Below, piece after piece: positions 1 to 10,082 of a DNA stretch of 64,000 nt. Numbering within the stretch: the first letter of the stretch is position 1; each line of letters begins with the position of its first letter. Position numbers and translations under genes: made by a program. The notes beneath the pieces were generated by a model that saw only the letters and a list, made by a program, of their open reading frames with translations, was not told where the DNA came from and ran no database searches. Source of the DNA: Methanomassiliicoccaceae archaeon (GTDB lineage Archaea; Thermoplasmatota; Thermoplasmata; Methanomassiliicoccales; Methanomassiliicoccaceae). Location: positions 416,001-480,000 of the forward strand of contig JAXGZN010000001.1 of assembly GCA_040776945.1 (NCBI GenBank), in the 5' to 3' direction.

Positions 1-528
1 GACCATGAGAAGGAACTGCAATCCGAGTATGGCGATGACGGCCGGGATTCCGAAAATGAGGAAAAGGGCGATGTTGAACGCGAACATCAATATGCTCAGC
101 ATCAGGAGGGTCCTGGAGAACAATCGGCCCAGGGCCCTGTGGGCTCGTGACGGCACCTCCTCTGGGAGCACCTTCTCGCCCTTCACCCATATGAGGGCGA
201 GGTTTGCCCCCCGGAGGTCGTTCTCCAGCGCCTTCACCACCGCCGTGAGGTCCTCGTACAGCCATCTTGCGGCATCTTGGACGCCTTCATCGCCCGACAT
301 CCTGACCTGCAGACCGTCCTCCGCCTTAATCTCGGTCTTGACCTTCATGCCGTGGGGACCCATCATGTTGAAGGCCACTGCGTCCCGTTCGCCAATCTTT
401 CCACGCCGCACGCTGGAGAACCGTTCTGGATGCAGCAGCAGGTGATACCTTCGGACCTGGTCCAGCAGTTTCCCTGCGCTCTCTTGGGGCACAACCGATG
501 GAATGGAGAAGGAGGCCTCCTCGCTCAT
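1..528 (-). CDS. Membrane protein, partial (runs off the window start); possibly the N-terminal part of an M48/HtpX-like protease
   Basis: ATG at 528 opens an uninterrupted frame to position 1 (MSEEASFSIPSVVPQE...LFSRTLLMLSILMFAFNIALFLIFGIPAVIAILGLQFLLMV) that ends in hydrophobic helices. No catalytic motif lies inside the window, so the family is a guess. Confidence 0.55.
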   Translation of the reverse strand, partial: MSEEASFSIPSVVPQESAGKLLDQVRRYHLLLHPERFSSVRRGKIGERDAVAFNMMGPHGMKVKTEIKAEDGLQVRMSGDEGVQDAARWLYEDLTAVVKALENDLRGANLALIWVKGEKVLPEEVPSRAHRALGRLFSRTLLMLSILMFAFNIALFLIFGIPAVIAILGLQFLLMV

Positions 529-610
529 CGTTCACTAAGTGCTTTCGAGGATAGAAATCTATTACGGAAGGGAAAAAAGAGGGAAGGTAGGGCCGGGGCC
601 CATTGTCCGT

Positions 611-1906
611 TCAGGCCTTGAGCATGTCCTTCAGGTCCTGGTCAGGGTCTCCGATGGCCTTCCACCCGAACTTGTCCTGGATCAGCTTCCAGTTGTTGGG
701 GGTGATGAACGCAGGTAGGGTCGGTCCGACGCGCACGTTCTTGATCCCCAGGGCAAGCAGGGTCAGCACGATGGCGACGGCCTTCTGCTCGAACCATGAC
801 AGCACGATGCTCAGCGGCAGCTCGTTGACATCCACGTTGAACGCCTTGGAGAGCTCGACGGCCAGCACGATGGCGGAGTAAGCATCGTTGCACTGTCCGA
901 TGTCCAGGAAGCGCGGGATCCCTCCGATGTCACCATATTCCTTGTCGTTGAAGCGGTACTTGCCGCAGGCAAGGGTCATTATGATGCTGTCCTGGGGTAT
1001 CTTCTCCGCCAGCTGCGTATAGTAGTCCCGCCCCGGCGTCGCTCCGTCGCAACCGCCCACCAAGAAGAAGTGCTTCACCTTGCCGGCCTTGACCGCTTCG
1101 ATTATCTGCGGTGCCACGGACAGTACCGCCTTGTAGTGAGCGCCGGTCCATACGTCGGGACCCCTGCGCTCCGGAAGATCGCCGATCTCCTGGGCCTGTT
1201 TGATGATCGCGCTGAAGTCCCTTCGGTCGGAGATGTGCTTGACCTCTGGAACTGCGGCCACGCTCGTCGTCCACAGCCTGTCCTTGTACGATTCAGGAGG
1301 TATGAGGACACAGTTGGTGGTCACCAGTATCGGCCCTCCGAACTCGTTGAACTCCTTCTTTTGCTTCTGCCAGGCACTGCCGTAATTGCCGATCAGGTGC
1401 TTGTACTTCTTTAGCTCGGGGTAGGCGTTCGCAGGAAGCATCTCGCCGTGGGTGTACACGTTCACCCCGGTGCCCTCGGTCTGCTTCAGCAGGGCCTCGA
1501 GGTCCAGCAGGTCGTGCCCGGTCACCAGGATGCCTGGCCCTTTCACCGTCCCGGTCCGTACCTTGGTCGGGGTCGGAAGCCCGAAATGCTCGGTGTTCCC
1601 GGCATCGAGCATCTGCATGGCCTTCAGGTTGATCATGCCCGCCCGCATCAGCGTGTCCCAGCAGTCCTCCAGCGAGAAGGAGACGTTGGTCAAGGTCTTG
1701 AACAGGGCCTCCGCGATGAACGCATCCACCTCTGGGTCAGTCTTTCCGAGCTCCCGGGCGTGATAGGCATACGCGGCGATCCCCTTGAGCCCGAAGATGA
1801 GAGTGTCCATAAGGCTGGCGACGTCCTCGTTCTTTCCACAAACCCCAGCAACGGTGCAGGCCACCCCTTTTGCGGTCTGCTGGCATTGATTGCAATACAT
1901 GGCCAT
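611..1906 (-). CDS. hcp: Hydroxylamine reductase / hybrid cluster protein (short form)
   Basis: N-terminal MYCNQCQQT...CTVAGVCGK Cys motif, plus TGHDL, YTHGEMLPA, GGCDG, LACGKYRF, DIGQCND and SWFEQKA motifs. Start placed at ATG 1906 behind GGAG. Confidence 0.95.
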   Translation of the reverse strand: MAMYCNQCQQTAKGVACTVAGVCGKNEDVASLMDTLIFGLKGIAAYAYHARELGKTDPEVDAFIAEALFKTLTNVSFSLEDCWDTLMRAGMINLKAMQMLDAGNTEHFGLPTPTKVRTGTVKGPGILVTGHDLLDLEALLKQTEGTGVNVYTHGEMLPANAYPELKKYKHLIGNYGSAWQKQKKEFNEFGGPILVTTNCVLIPPESYKDRLWTTSVAAVPEVKHISDRRDFSAIIKQAQEIGDLPERRGPDVWTGAHYKAVLSVAPQIIEAVKAGKVKHFFLVGGCDGATPGRDYYTQLAEKIPQDSIIMTLACGKYRFNDKEYGDIGGIPRFLDIGQCNDAYSAIVLAVELSKAFNVDVNELPLSIVLSWFEQKAVAIVLTLLALGIKNVRVGPTLPAFITPNNWKLIQDKFGWKAIGDPDQDLKDMLKA

Positions 1907-1986
1907 TGCGATATCTCCGGTATTTTGACCCTCCTTATGATATATAATCATGCTGATGATGAAATATTGGGATTTAATTGAAATAG

Positions 1987-2001
1987 CCTATAATTTATAG
2001 G
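1987..2001. promoter_or_regulatory. Palindrome CCTATAA-T-TTATAGG in the divergent hcp/regulator intergenic region; candidate operator
   Basis: Perfect 7-1-7 inverted repeat in the AT-rich spacer between the two divergent genes. Confidence 0.45.
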
Positions 2002-2025
2002 GTGCATGCTTATGGGGCAAGGACA

Positions 2026-2595
2026 ATGACTGTTCGTCTGGACGACAAGGACAAGATAATCGTATCGATGTATTCTGCAGACCCGAACGTTTCTCAGGAG
2101 TCGATAGCCAAGGTGCTGAAGCTCTCCCAACCCTCGGTGGCCGCGAGGGTCGCCAGGCTTAGGCAGGACGGGGCGCTTGGGTCGAACATCGGGATCAACC
2201 CGCTTAAGATGGGGTTGTACCTCGCGAAGGTGGACCTGTCATCGACCAGGCCGGACAGCATCCTTAAGATGTTCGTGGGCTGCCCTTATTTTGCCAATGG
2301 GTTCAGTGTGTCCGGGCGGCATAACCTCTGCCTGTTCTTCTTCAGCGAGAGCGTCACCACATTGGAGGCCATCGTCAACGGGCACATCCGCTCGGACCCC
2401 TCGGTCAAGGACGTGGACTTCGACATCGTGATCTCGTCGGTGAAGGATTTCATCATACCGGTCACGTTGAAGCCGGAGAAGAGCAGGAGACCGCCCTGCG
2501 GCATCGAGCTAAGGTGCAAGGACTGCCGGTCCTTCAAGGGAAAGATGTGCATGGGCTGCCCGGTCACCGGGGAGTACCAGGGAACATTCTATTGA
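2026..2595 (+). CDS. Lrp/AsnC-family transcriptional regulator with a C-terminal Cys-rich (Fe-S or Zn) tail
   Basis: LDDKDKIIVSMY...SQESIAKVLKLSQPSVAARVARL wHTH, RAM-like middle, tail CGIELRCKDCRSFKGKMCMGCP. Confidence 0.85.
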   Translation: MTVRLDDKDKIIVSMYSADPNVSQESIAKVLKLSQPSVAARVARLRQDGALGSNIGINPLKMGLYLAKVDLSSTRPDSILKMFVGCPYFANGFSVSGRHNLCLFFFSESVTTLEAIVNGHIRSDPSVKDVDFDIVISSVKDFIIPVTLKPEKSRRPPCGIELRCKDCRSFKGKMCMGCPVTGEYQGTFY

Positions 2596-2770
2596 ACGCC
2601 GGAGGACCGCGGCCCTTGCCCCTCCAACCTGCCTTGTTGCGTCAACTCTCCGCGCGTCCCGATGAAAGACCGAAAATGCTGGGTCTCGTACCGCCTCTCG
2701 AGAGGATTGCCGGCCCGGCGAGGGTACGCCAGGCAAAGGGATATCTATAGTGGATGGGAAAGAACGTAAC

Positions 2771-2944
2771 ATGGTCAAGCAATTCCAGTGCCCGTTCTGC
2801 GCGTTCAGCGTTACAGCCGAGGACGAGGATGAGGTGCTAAAGCATGTGCAGATGCACAAGGCCGACCATCATCCGGACAAGGATGTTAGCGAGAAGGACA
2901 TTCGCGGCCTTATCCATGCTGTCAAGGTCCAGCAACGGTCCTGA
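2771..2944 (+). CDS. Small metal-binding protein (DUF1059-like)
   Basis: CPFCAFSVTAEDEDEVLKHVQMHKADHH pattern. Confidence 0.7.
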   Translation: MVKQFQCPFCAFSVTAEDEDEVLKHVQMHKADHHPDKDVSEKDIRGLIHAVKVQQRS

Positions 2945-3223
2945 GCCGTTCAGGGAGGGCCGGGCAGCCGAAGATGGGGGGGCGGGCCGTCCTTCAGCGG
3001 CCTGCTCTTCCTCGTACACATCTTTCTCGCTAACTGCCTCCCGTCTCTGGCCGCGACCGCGAAGGATGGGTGGGCCATTAGGTATGCTGTCTTGCGGCGG
3101 GCTTCGGGGCCGCGAACCGGCGGCCGTATGGCCCTTATGCCCCTCTCATGATGGTGTTGCCGGGACGAGCGGCAGGATGAACGTCATTTACATCCTCGCT
3201 TGAGGTTCTTGGGTCAGAACAAG

Positions 3224-3910
3224 CTACGGGCCTTGTTCCAGCGGCCGCCTGCGGCCGTCCTTGAACCTGAACGCGCCCCGGCCCTCAGGGGACGAGGCGA
3301 TGATCTCACCGCCGGATAACGTTAGGACAAGGCCTGAGAGATAGTCCGCCCAACCGGCGTCCTCGTGCCTTATCCCGATGAGCTCTTCCTTCAGCAGCAC
3401 GACCTCCCAGTCATGGGAAACATGGACGCTCAGGCCGTCCTCCGGGGCCGAGAGCAGGTCGGCGATGATGGGGGATAGCACCATGTCTGCCGCCTCCGGC
3501 GTGGGCAGCAGGCGCCTTGGGTCGAAGCTCCCGTCGAACCACTTGCGCATGAACCCGTGACCAAGGCGGTCGGCGTCCGTGAGCACGCAGGCGTCCGTCA
3601 GATACGGGGCGCAGAGCGAAGGGCTCTCCTCGATGGAGATGATGCTGTGCCCGGCAGCCTCAAGGCCTTTGGCCATCCACATGGCCGTTTCCCGGCAGCG
3701 GACCGCTGGACTGTGGAACAGCCTCACCTGCCTTCGGCCGCCGATGCTCCGCCCGAACTCCGCCGAATCGGTCATGCCCTTTGGCGTCAGCCCGGTCCCG
3801 AGGCTGTCGTGGACGCTGGATATGGGGTAACGCTCGGCATGCCGCATGACCACCGATGACGGTCGTCGCTCGGATATCTCCCTGGGCAGCCAGCCATTGG
3901 CAGTGGGCAT
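3224..3910 (-). CDS. Histidine phosphatase family protein
   Basis: RHAER, LTPKG, HSPAVRCRETA and VSHD motifs. Confidence 0.85.
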   Translation of the reverse strand: MPTANGWLPREISERRPSSVVMRHAERYPISSVHDSLGTGLTPKGMTDSAEFGRSIGGRRQVRLFHSPAVRCRETAMWMAKGLEAAGHSIISIEESPSLCAPYLTDACVLTDADRLGHGFMRKWFDGSFDPRRLLPTPEAADMVLSPIIADLLSAPEDGLSVHVSHDWEVVLLKEELIGIRHEDAGWADYLSGLVLTLSGGEIIASSPEGRGAFRFKDGRRRPLEQGP

Positions 3911-4066
3911 CCTTACCCCTAAGGGGATGGCCGATATAAGTTGCTCACCGCAGGGGCCGGCCTAAAATGCTTGGGCAGGGGCTATTATATTCCGGCCGTG
4001 ATTATCCTCTGTTCGTCGGGCCTGGAGGGCTCGCCCGAGGCAGGACCGGCGGGCAGCAGTGATGGC

Positions 4067-4822
4067 ATGATCAGGATAGGATGGTTCACCACCGCCAGGG
4101 GTCCGGGCTCGCTCAATCTGTTCACCACCATGATGGACCGCCTTCGCGGCGGAGACATCGATGCGGAGCTGGCGTTCGTTTTCATTAACCGGGACATAAA
4201 GGACAACGAGTACCGAAGGAAGATCGTTCAGATGGCGGAGGGTAATGGCATCCCGGTGATCATATTCCCCTCCGACGGGTTCATGCCCGAGCTCAAGGCG
4301 AAGGATATCGAGGCATGGCGGAACGAGTACGGCAAGGGGCTGAGGGAACGGATATCCAAGCATCCCATGGATTTCGGGGTGCTCGCAGGCTACATGCTGA
4401 TAATCGACCCTCAGACCTGCCGGGAGCACGAGATCATCAACCTTCACCCTGCGCTGCCTGATACATACAAAGGCACCTGGGAGGAGATCGTGGGCCAGGT
4501 CGTGGACAATAACGATGAGAGATATGGTGCCACCATACACGTGTGCAGTCCAGAGCTGGACCGGGGGGCCGTCATCGCCTACGACTCGTTCGATGTCGGC
4601 CCTCTCAGGCCGGGGTGCGGCTCAAGGGAGGAACTGGTCAAGGCCGTCCGGGCCGCCGAGGTGCGGCGAGAAGCGCCGTTGCTCATGGAAGCGATCAAGA
4701 TGATCGTCGGCCGCGAGATCGTGCTTAGAGGAGGGGAGGTTCTCGGTCCAGAAGGAAAAAGGGTGGGACGCCATCCCGACCTCTCGGACAGGGTCACCAG
4801 GTCCCTTGCCCGGACCCCGTAG
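4067..4822 (+). CDS. Formyltransferase (PurN-like phosphoribosylglycinamide formyltransferase family)
   Basis: VLAGYMLI, INLHPALP, GATIH and LDRG motifs. Start set at MIRIGWF. Confidence 0.8.
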   Translation: MIRIGWFTTARGPGSLNLFTTMMDRLRGGDIDAELAFVFINRDIKDNEYRRKIVQMAEGNGIPVIIFPSDGFMPELKAKDIEAWRNEYGKGLRERISKHPMDFGVLAGYMLIIDPQTCREHEIINLHPALPDTYKGTWEEIVGQVVDNNDERYGATIHVCSPELDRGAVIAYDSFDVGPLRPGCGSREELVKAVRAAEVRREAPLLMEAIKMIVGREIVLRGGEVLGPEGKRVGRHPDLSDRVTRSLARTP

Positions 4823-4938
4823 TTGCTCGGGCGCGGCCATGATGCGCGGAGTCGAGCGCCGTCGGAGACCGTGCTTTGCTGGAACCGCTTAAATATGATA
4901 GTTCCATTCGTGCGTTAACACTTCAGAGGAAGCAGGGA

Positions 4939-6657
4939 ATGGAGCAGCGAATACCGCCAAGTGGGTCCGGGAGCCTCACCGATTATGAAAGGACATACCG
5001 CGAGTTCAATTGGGGGGCTGTGGCCGAGGAGTTCGATTGGTCGCGAGAGGGAACGCTGAACGTCGCCGCGGAGGCCGTCGACCGCCATGCTCAGAGCTGG
5101 AGAAGGAACAAGATCGCGCTTTACTCGGTCAAGGCCTCCGGGGACATCCAGAAGTTCACCTTCGGCGAGATGGCCGAGCTTACCTCCCGCCTCGCATCTG
5201 GGCTGGAGAAGCTAGGCGCGGTGAAGGGGGACCGCATCTTCGTGTTCTTGGACCGGACCTCTGAACTGTACATATCGGTGCTCGGCATAACCAAGATGGG
5301 CGGCATCGCGGGTCCGCTGTTCTCTGCCCTCGGCCCCGAGGCGTTCAAAGACCGCGCGCTGGACTGCGGCGCCCGGTTCGTCATAACCTCGCCATATCTT
5401 TACAAGCGGCTGGAGCCGGTGCTCGACGACCTGACGGCCGTGGAGGGATACATCATTGTCGGCGATGTTCCAGAGCCGGTCCCGGGCACCATCGCCTTCG
5501 AGGAGGTGCTCGCCTCAGGAGATCCGTCCTACAAGCCTGTACCTATGCTAGCGAACGAGCCCTACATCATCCATTATACCTCAGGTTCGACCGGCAAGCC
5601 TAAGGGCGTGCTCTTGGGCCAGCGAGCAATGCTCCAACAGCTTATGGCCTGCCGCTACGTAGTGGACCTTCAGGAGGATGATACCTATTGGTGCACCGCA
5701 GACCCGGGCTGGGTCACCGGCACCTCAGTAGGCATCTTTGGCCCGTTGTACCTTGGAACGACCATCGTATCGTACGAGGGCAGGTTCAACGCCCACACAT
5801 GGTACTCCATCATAGAGAAGTTCAAGGTCAGCGTATGGTTCACCGCGCCGACCGCTCTCAGGATGCTGATGAGGGCCGGGGACGAGGCCATCGCCGAGCA
5901 TGACCTCTCGTCGCTCCGCCATATATGCTCGGCCGGCGAGCCGCTGAACCCGGAGGTCGTGCGATGGGGGCTCAAAGGTCTCGGGCAGCGCATCCACGAT
6001 AATTGGTGGCAGACCGAGACGGGAGCGCCGTGCATCTCCAACTACCGATGCATGGAGATCCGGCCAGGCTCCATGGGCAAGCCGGTCCCGGGAGTGGTGG
6101 CGGCGATCGTGAACGAGAACGGTATGGAGGTCCCCCCGGGCACGCACGGTTTCCTGGCCCTCCGGCCGGGCTGGCCATCGATGATGGTCAGCATCTGGCG
6201 CAATACCCCGAAGTACCGCGAGTACTTCGATGTCCCCGGATGGTACATCTCAGGCGACCAAGCGTACATGGACGAGGATGGCTACTTCTGGTTCCTCGGG
6301 CGTGCCGATGATGTCATCAAGACCTCCGGCGAGCGCCTCGGACCGTTCGAGGTGGAGTCGGCCCTGATCGAGCATCCCGCGGTTGCCGAGGCCGGGGTCA
6401 TCGGCAAGCCCGATGAGCTTCGCGGTGAGATCGTGAAGGCGTTCGTGATCCTTCGGCCAGGCTCGGTTCCCTCGGATGTGCTGAAAGAGGAGATCACTCA
6501 GTTCGTGAAGACCCGGCTGGCATACTATGCGTACCCGAGGGAGATCGAGTTCGTCGAGACGCTGCCGAAGACGCGCTCTGGCAAGATCATGAGGCGCGTG
6601 CTCAAGGCCAAGGAGCTGGGGCAGCCGCTCGGCGACGTCACCATGATGGATGAATGA
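4939..6657 (+). CDS. acsA: Acetyl-CoA synthetase (AMP-forming)
   Basis: YTSGSTGKPKG, TADPGWVTG, DNWWQTETG, GRADDVIK and LPKTRSGKIMRR motifs. Confidence 0.9.
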   Translation: MEQRIPPSGSGSLTDYERTYREFNWGAVAEEFDWSREGTLNVAAEAVDRHAQSWRRNKIALYSVKASGDIQKFTFGEMAELTSRLASGLEKLGAVKGDRIFVFLDRTSELYISVLGITKMGGIAGPLFSALGPEAFKDRALDCGARFVITSPYLYKRLEPVLDDLTAVEGYIIVGDVPEPVPGTIAFEEVLASGDPSYKPVPMLANEPYIIHYTSGSTGKPKGVLLGQRAMLQQLMACRYVVDLQEDDTYWCTADPGWVTGTSVGIFGPLYLGTTIVSYEGRFNAHTWYSIIEKFKVSVWFTAPTALRMLMRAGDEAIAEHDLSSLRHICSAGEPLNPEVVRWGLKGLGQRIHDNWWQTETGAPCISNYRCMEIRPGSMGKPVPGVVAAIVNENGMEVPPGTHGFLALRPGWPSMMVSIWRNTPKYREYFDVPGWYISGDQAYMDEDGYFWFLGRADDVIKTSGERLGPFEVESALIEHPAVAEAGVIGKPDELRGEIVKAFVILRPGSVPSDVLKEEITQFVKTRLAYYAYPREIEFVETLPKTRSGKIMRRVLKAKELGQPLGDVTMMDE

Positions 6658-6754
6658 TCCGCGTACCGGGCGTCGCGAATAGAACGGTCTTCTGGAAAGA
6701 TTACATTTATTTATACGCGCGAGGAATGGTTCCATCAAGGACGGAAGCGCGGGC

Positions 6755-7762
6755 ATGAGGATCGCCGTGATGTTGATGGCCATGGCAATATCGTTGTCAG
6801 CTCTCGCCATGTCCGCCGACGCGGCTGACGCCCACAGGCCCGGCCCGGTGCATGGTCTGGAGATCGTCGCCCTTGAGGACCGGATCGTCATCAGCGGCTA
6901 CCTGCCGGAAGACCACAGCAGCTATGGCATCAAGGGAGTGCATATCTATAGGGGAACCGGCCCGGAGACCCTGTCTCTCCGATATACTCTCAAGGCATAT
7001 GCTGAGACGACTGGCTACTTCGTTTATCGGGACGTCGAGGTCGCCAACGGCGTCACCTACTACTACAGGGTCGCGGCCTTCAATGTTCTAGGCGATGGTG
7101 AGCTATCGGAGCTTTTGGCCGCGACCAGCATTGGGGCGCCCCCGGCACCCCAGGACCTGAGCGCCTCAGTGACATGCGGCTACGTCCGCCTGACCTGGTC
7201 CCCGCCGCCTTCGGATGGGGGGTCGCCGATCACCCATTACAGCGTGTTCCGCGGCCTTCGCGGCAGCGAGCCAACGCTCATCGCCAATGTCTCAGCCCTA
7301 AGCTACGACGATCGGAACGTGACGTTCGGCGATTCGTTCTACAGCTACGAGACATGCGCGGTCAACGAGAACGGACCAGGGAAGCATTCCAGGACGGTGT
7401 TCGCCTCTATGCCAATGCCAGTGGTGAACGGCCGCATCATCGATGCGCGGGGCGAGCCGATCGCCGGGGCCATGGTGACCGTGGACTCCAACGGTACAAC
7501 GGCGAGCACCGGTCCGAACGGGACCTTCTCCATCGCCCTGACCCCTGGGCCGCACCGCCTGACAGTGTGGATAGATGGGCGATCGGCCCATTGGATCGAC
7601 CTTGTGGCGCCGTCCGGCGCGTATGATCTGGGAGATATACTGGTGAACGATAAAGGGAGGGGGCCCGGGCTGGGACTGGACACCATCGCCTTCATGGGAG
7701 TCATAGCCATCGTGACCACGGGGATGGTCATTTGGGCCATGGGCAAGGCACGCATAAGGTGA
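6755..7762 (+). CDS. Surface protein with two fibronectin type III domains and a carboxypeptidase-regulatory-like domain
   Basis: Signal peptide, YYYRVAAFN and LTWSPPPSDGGSPITHY FN3 motifs, GRIIDARGEPIAGA domain, C-terminal TM anchor. Confidence 0.85.
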   Translation: MRIAVMLMAMAISLSALAMSADAADAHRPGPVHGLEIVALEDRIVISGYLPEDHSSYGIKGVHIYRGTGPETLSLRYTLKAYAETTGYFVYRDVEVANGVTYYYRVAAFNVLGDGELSELLAATSIGAPPAPQDLSASVTCGYVRLTWSPPPSDGGSPITHYSVFRGLRGSEPTLIANVSALSYDDRNVTFGDSFYSYETCAVNENGPGKHSRTVFASMPMPVVNGRIIDARGEPIAGAMVTVDSNGTTASTGPNGTFSIALTPGPHRLTVWIDGRSAHWIDLVAPSGAYDLGDILVNDKGRGPGLGLDTIAFMGVIAIVTTGMVIWAMGKARIR

Positions 7763-8015
7763 GTACCGCATAGTGAGCTGCTGGGTCCTTGGCGGGACCC
7801 GGGACTTGAACGCTTTATCACGGCGGCGGTCGGAGCAGAGCATGCGGTGACGAGGCGCAAGATGGCAAGACCTGCAGTGCCATGGAGCAAGCGGTGGACT
7901 AGATAAACCATTCAAGGATCGCTTACGCCCTCAGCATGGCCATCGCTCAGATTTCCGGGCAAACCCACATATCTCTAAATCGATTTATGTTGCCTGCAAG
8001 GGAGAGACCGGGACC

Positions 8016-8372
8016 ATGACCTCGAAGGTTAAGGTGAACATGCGGCTGTGCGGGAAGACGCATCTTATAACCGTGGAAATGTTGGAGGACGGCACCTTCA
8101 GCTGCAAGATCGTCACCGATTGCGTGAACGTCAAGGACTTCTCAGAGGGTCTGGAGAACATCACCATGGCCGACCTGACGGACAAGGCCAAGAGCGGCAT
8201 AGTGGACCGCTACCGCAACTGCAGGATGTCCGCGAACTGCCTGGCTCCGGCCGGGCTTATCAGCGCCGGCTGGATGGAGGCCGGGATGATATCAAGGTCC
8301 AACGCCAGGAAGAACAAGGCCAACGATGTCGAGTTCCTCGTCGATGATGTTCCGGAGACCGGCCAGGGATGA
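8016..8372 (+). CDS. Small Cys-containing protein (DUF6951-like)
   Basis: LCGKTHLI, IVTDC and CLAPAGLISAGWMEAG pattern. Confidence 0.6.
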   Translation: MTSKVKVNMRLCGKTHLITVEMLEDGTFSCKIVTDCVNVKDFSEGLENITMADLTDKAKSGIVDRYRNCRMSANCLAPAGLISAGWMEAGMISRSNARKNKANDVEFLVDDVPETGQG

Positions 8373-8488
8373 TGGCCTTGAGATTGGCCGCAAGGCCCTG
8401 CCCTGCACCTGCTCCATGACGGCAGTTCCATCGCAAGGCCGGTGGTTTCGGCCGCAAGCTATTTGGGGCGATACGCTTTGATAAGGTC

Positions 8489-9613
8489 ATGACCTCGGAA
8501 ATCGATTCCCGGTTCCCTCCCATAGACTTTAAGTGGCAGAAGCATGCTGCCAAGCGTTTCGCCAGCCCCTTCACCGGCCAGAAGTTCGACCGCATCGACG
8601 TGGACCCCATGATGCTGTCGCATGCCGCCTTGATCTCAGGATACACCATAAATGATTTCTATACCAATCCTGAGCTGGGGGCCAGATGCGTGGCGAACGC
8701 GTCACAGATGTACGATCTCCTACCGGTGACGCATTGGTACTTCTCGTTGCCATGGATGGACGAGCTTGGCGCCGATGTCATGTTCAAGCCGTTCCTGCCC
8801 CCCGTGGTGAAGGAACCGACCATCTTCGACGTGGAGGGCGTGGACAAGCTTGAGGTCCCGGACGTGGAGGATCTGGAGAAGGGCTGGACCGGTCGGCAGA
8901 TGATCAAGGTCCACGATTATGTGCAGAAGAACCTTCCTGAGATGTTCATACCGATGACCTACACCTCCGACCTGACCGGCGGAGGGGCCCAGTTGTGCGG
9001 ACTGGCCAACTTCATCATGTGGACCATGTCGGAAAGGGACGCCGCCCACAAGCTGGTGAGGAAGTACACAGAGACGGCTATCAATGGTGCGGAGATGATG
9101 GCCAACCGTTACGGCATGGCGTTCATCTCCACCGGCTCAGTGCTTGCCAACAACGACATATTCTGCGACGCCGACATCAACGAGCTGTCGGTGAGATATT
9201 TAAAGGACTTCGTGCACAAATCGCTCATGAAGGGCGCCGGCCCCCAGGTACTGTACCACCTGTGCGGTAACCATGAGACCTCCTACAAGCTGTTCAGGGA
9301 CAGCCTCGTGTACACGCCAATGACCATCATGCACGCCGGATACATGGGACGAGAGGTGTTCCCGTCGGATGTGCTGATGAAGGAGTTCGGGGACAGAGCA
9401 ACGATCATGGGATCGGTAGACACCAGGATAATGATCCTGCCCAATGCGAAAAGGGTATACGAGCAGGCAAAGGAGCAGCTGATCCGCGGAAGGGACAGCA
9501 AGTTCGGCTATATCCTCGGAACGGCATGCGAGCTTCCCCCTGATTCGCTTCCCATGAACGTCAACGCGCTCGTTCAGGCCGCCAAGGACCATGGCACCTA
9601 TGGTGCGTGGTGA
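8489..9613 (+). CDS. Uroporphyrinogen-decarboxylase-family methyltransferase (MtaA/MT2-like methylcobamide:CoM methyltransferase)
   Basis: Zn-ligand pattern H-x-C (YHLCG) and distal C (ILGTACELP), MGSVD, about 370 aa. Confidence 0.8.
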   Translation: MTSEIDSRFPPIDFKWQKHAAKRFASPFTGQKFDRIDVDPMMLSHAALISGYTINDFYTNPELGARCVANASQMYDLLPVTHWYFSLPWMDELGADVMFKPFLPPVVKEPTIFDVEGVDKLEVPDVEDLEKGWTGRQMIKVHDYVQKNLPEMFIPMTYTSDLTGGGAQLCGLANFIMWTMSERDAAHKLVRKYTETAINGAEMMANRYGMAFISTGSVLANNDIFCDADINELSVRYLKDFVHKSLMKGAGPQVLYHLCGNHETSYKLFRDSLVYTPMTIMHAGYMGREVFPSDVLMKEFGDRATIMGSVDTRIMILPNAKRVYEQAKEQLIRGRDSKFGYILGTACELPPDSLPMNVNALVQAAKDHGTYGAW

Positions 9614-9746
9614 GCGGACAGCGAAAACTGCATGGCCGCTCCTATGATATAGGCCATGTCACTGGGGGAGGGGCGCCGTGGACCGATCGGCGCGAACGGA
9701 ACTATCTGGCAGGTCGCCAGACCTGCCATCCTTCCCCTAGCAAGGA

Positions 9747-10082
9747 TCAAGGAGGCATTTGTTGCCGGGTGGTCGCTCCTATTATCCAGTCCAAATAATC
9801 TGTTGAGCTTTCCGCTATGTCGTAGCGGACTATGCATGGTATATCATACGGATGCAGATCCTTGATCGCATCTGCCACGGCGGGAAAGTCCTTCGAACAG
9901 ATCTTGAGCAGCGAAGCGAACTCGTCGGCCTCCTCCACCTTCCCTTTCCAGCGATAGATCGATCCTATGGCAAAGATGTTGGAGCACGCTGCAAGGCCTT
10001 GTTCCACCAGGTACCGCGATATTTCTCGCGCGGTCCGTTCGTCAGGGTAGGTGACAAGGACCGTGGACACCTTTTCGCTCAT
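9747..10082 (-). CDS. cutA: Divalent-cation tolerance protein CutA
   Basis: LAACSNI, SIYRWKGKVE, HPYDIPCI and YLDWI motifs. Confidence 0.93.
   Translation of the reverse strand: MSEKVSTVLVTYPDERTAREISRYLVEQGLAACSNIFAIGSIYRWKGKVEEADEFASLLKICSKDFPAVADAIKDLHPYDIPCIVRYDIAESSTDYLDWIIGATTRQQMPP

Noticed and set aside
7789-7812. tRNA-like 3' end on the minus strand (GTTCAAGTCCCGGGTCCCGCCA)
   Set aside because: The T-stem does not pair, there is no upstream cloverleaf, and it does not match the tRNA-Glu or tRNA-Leu ends well enough to call an att site.
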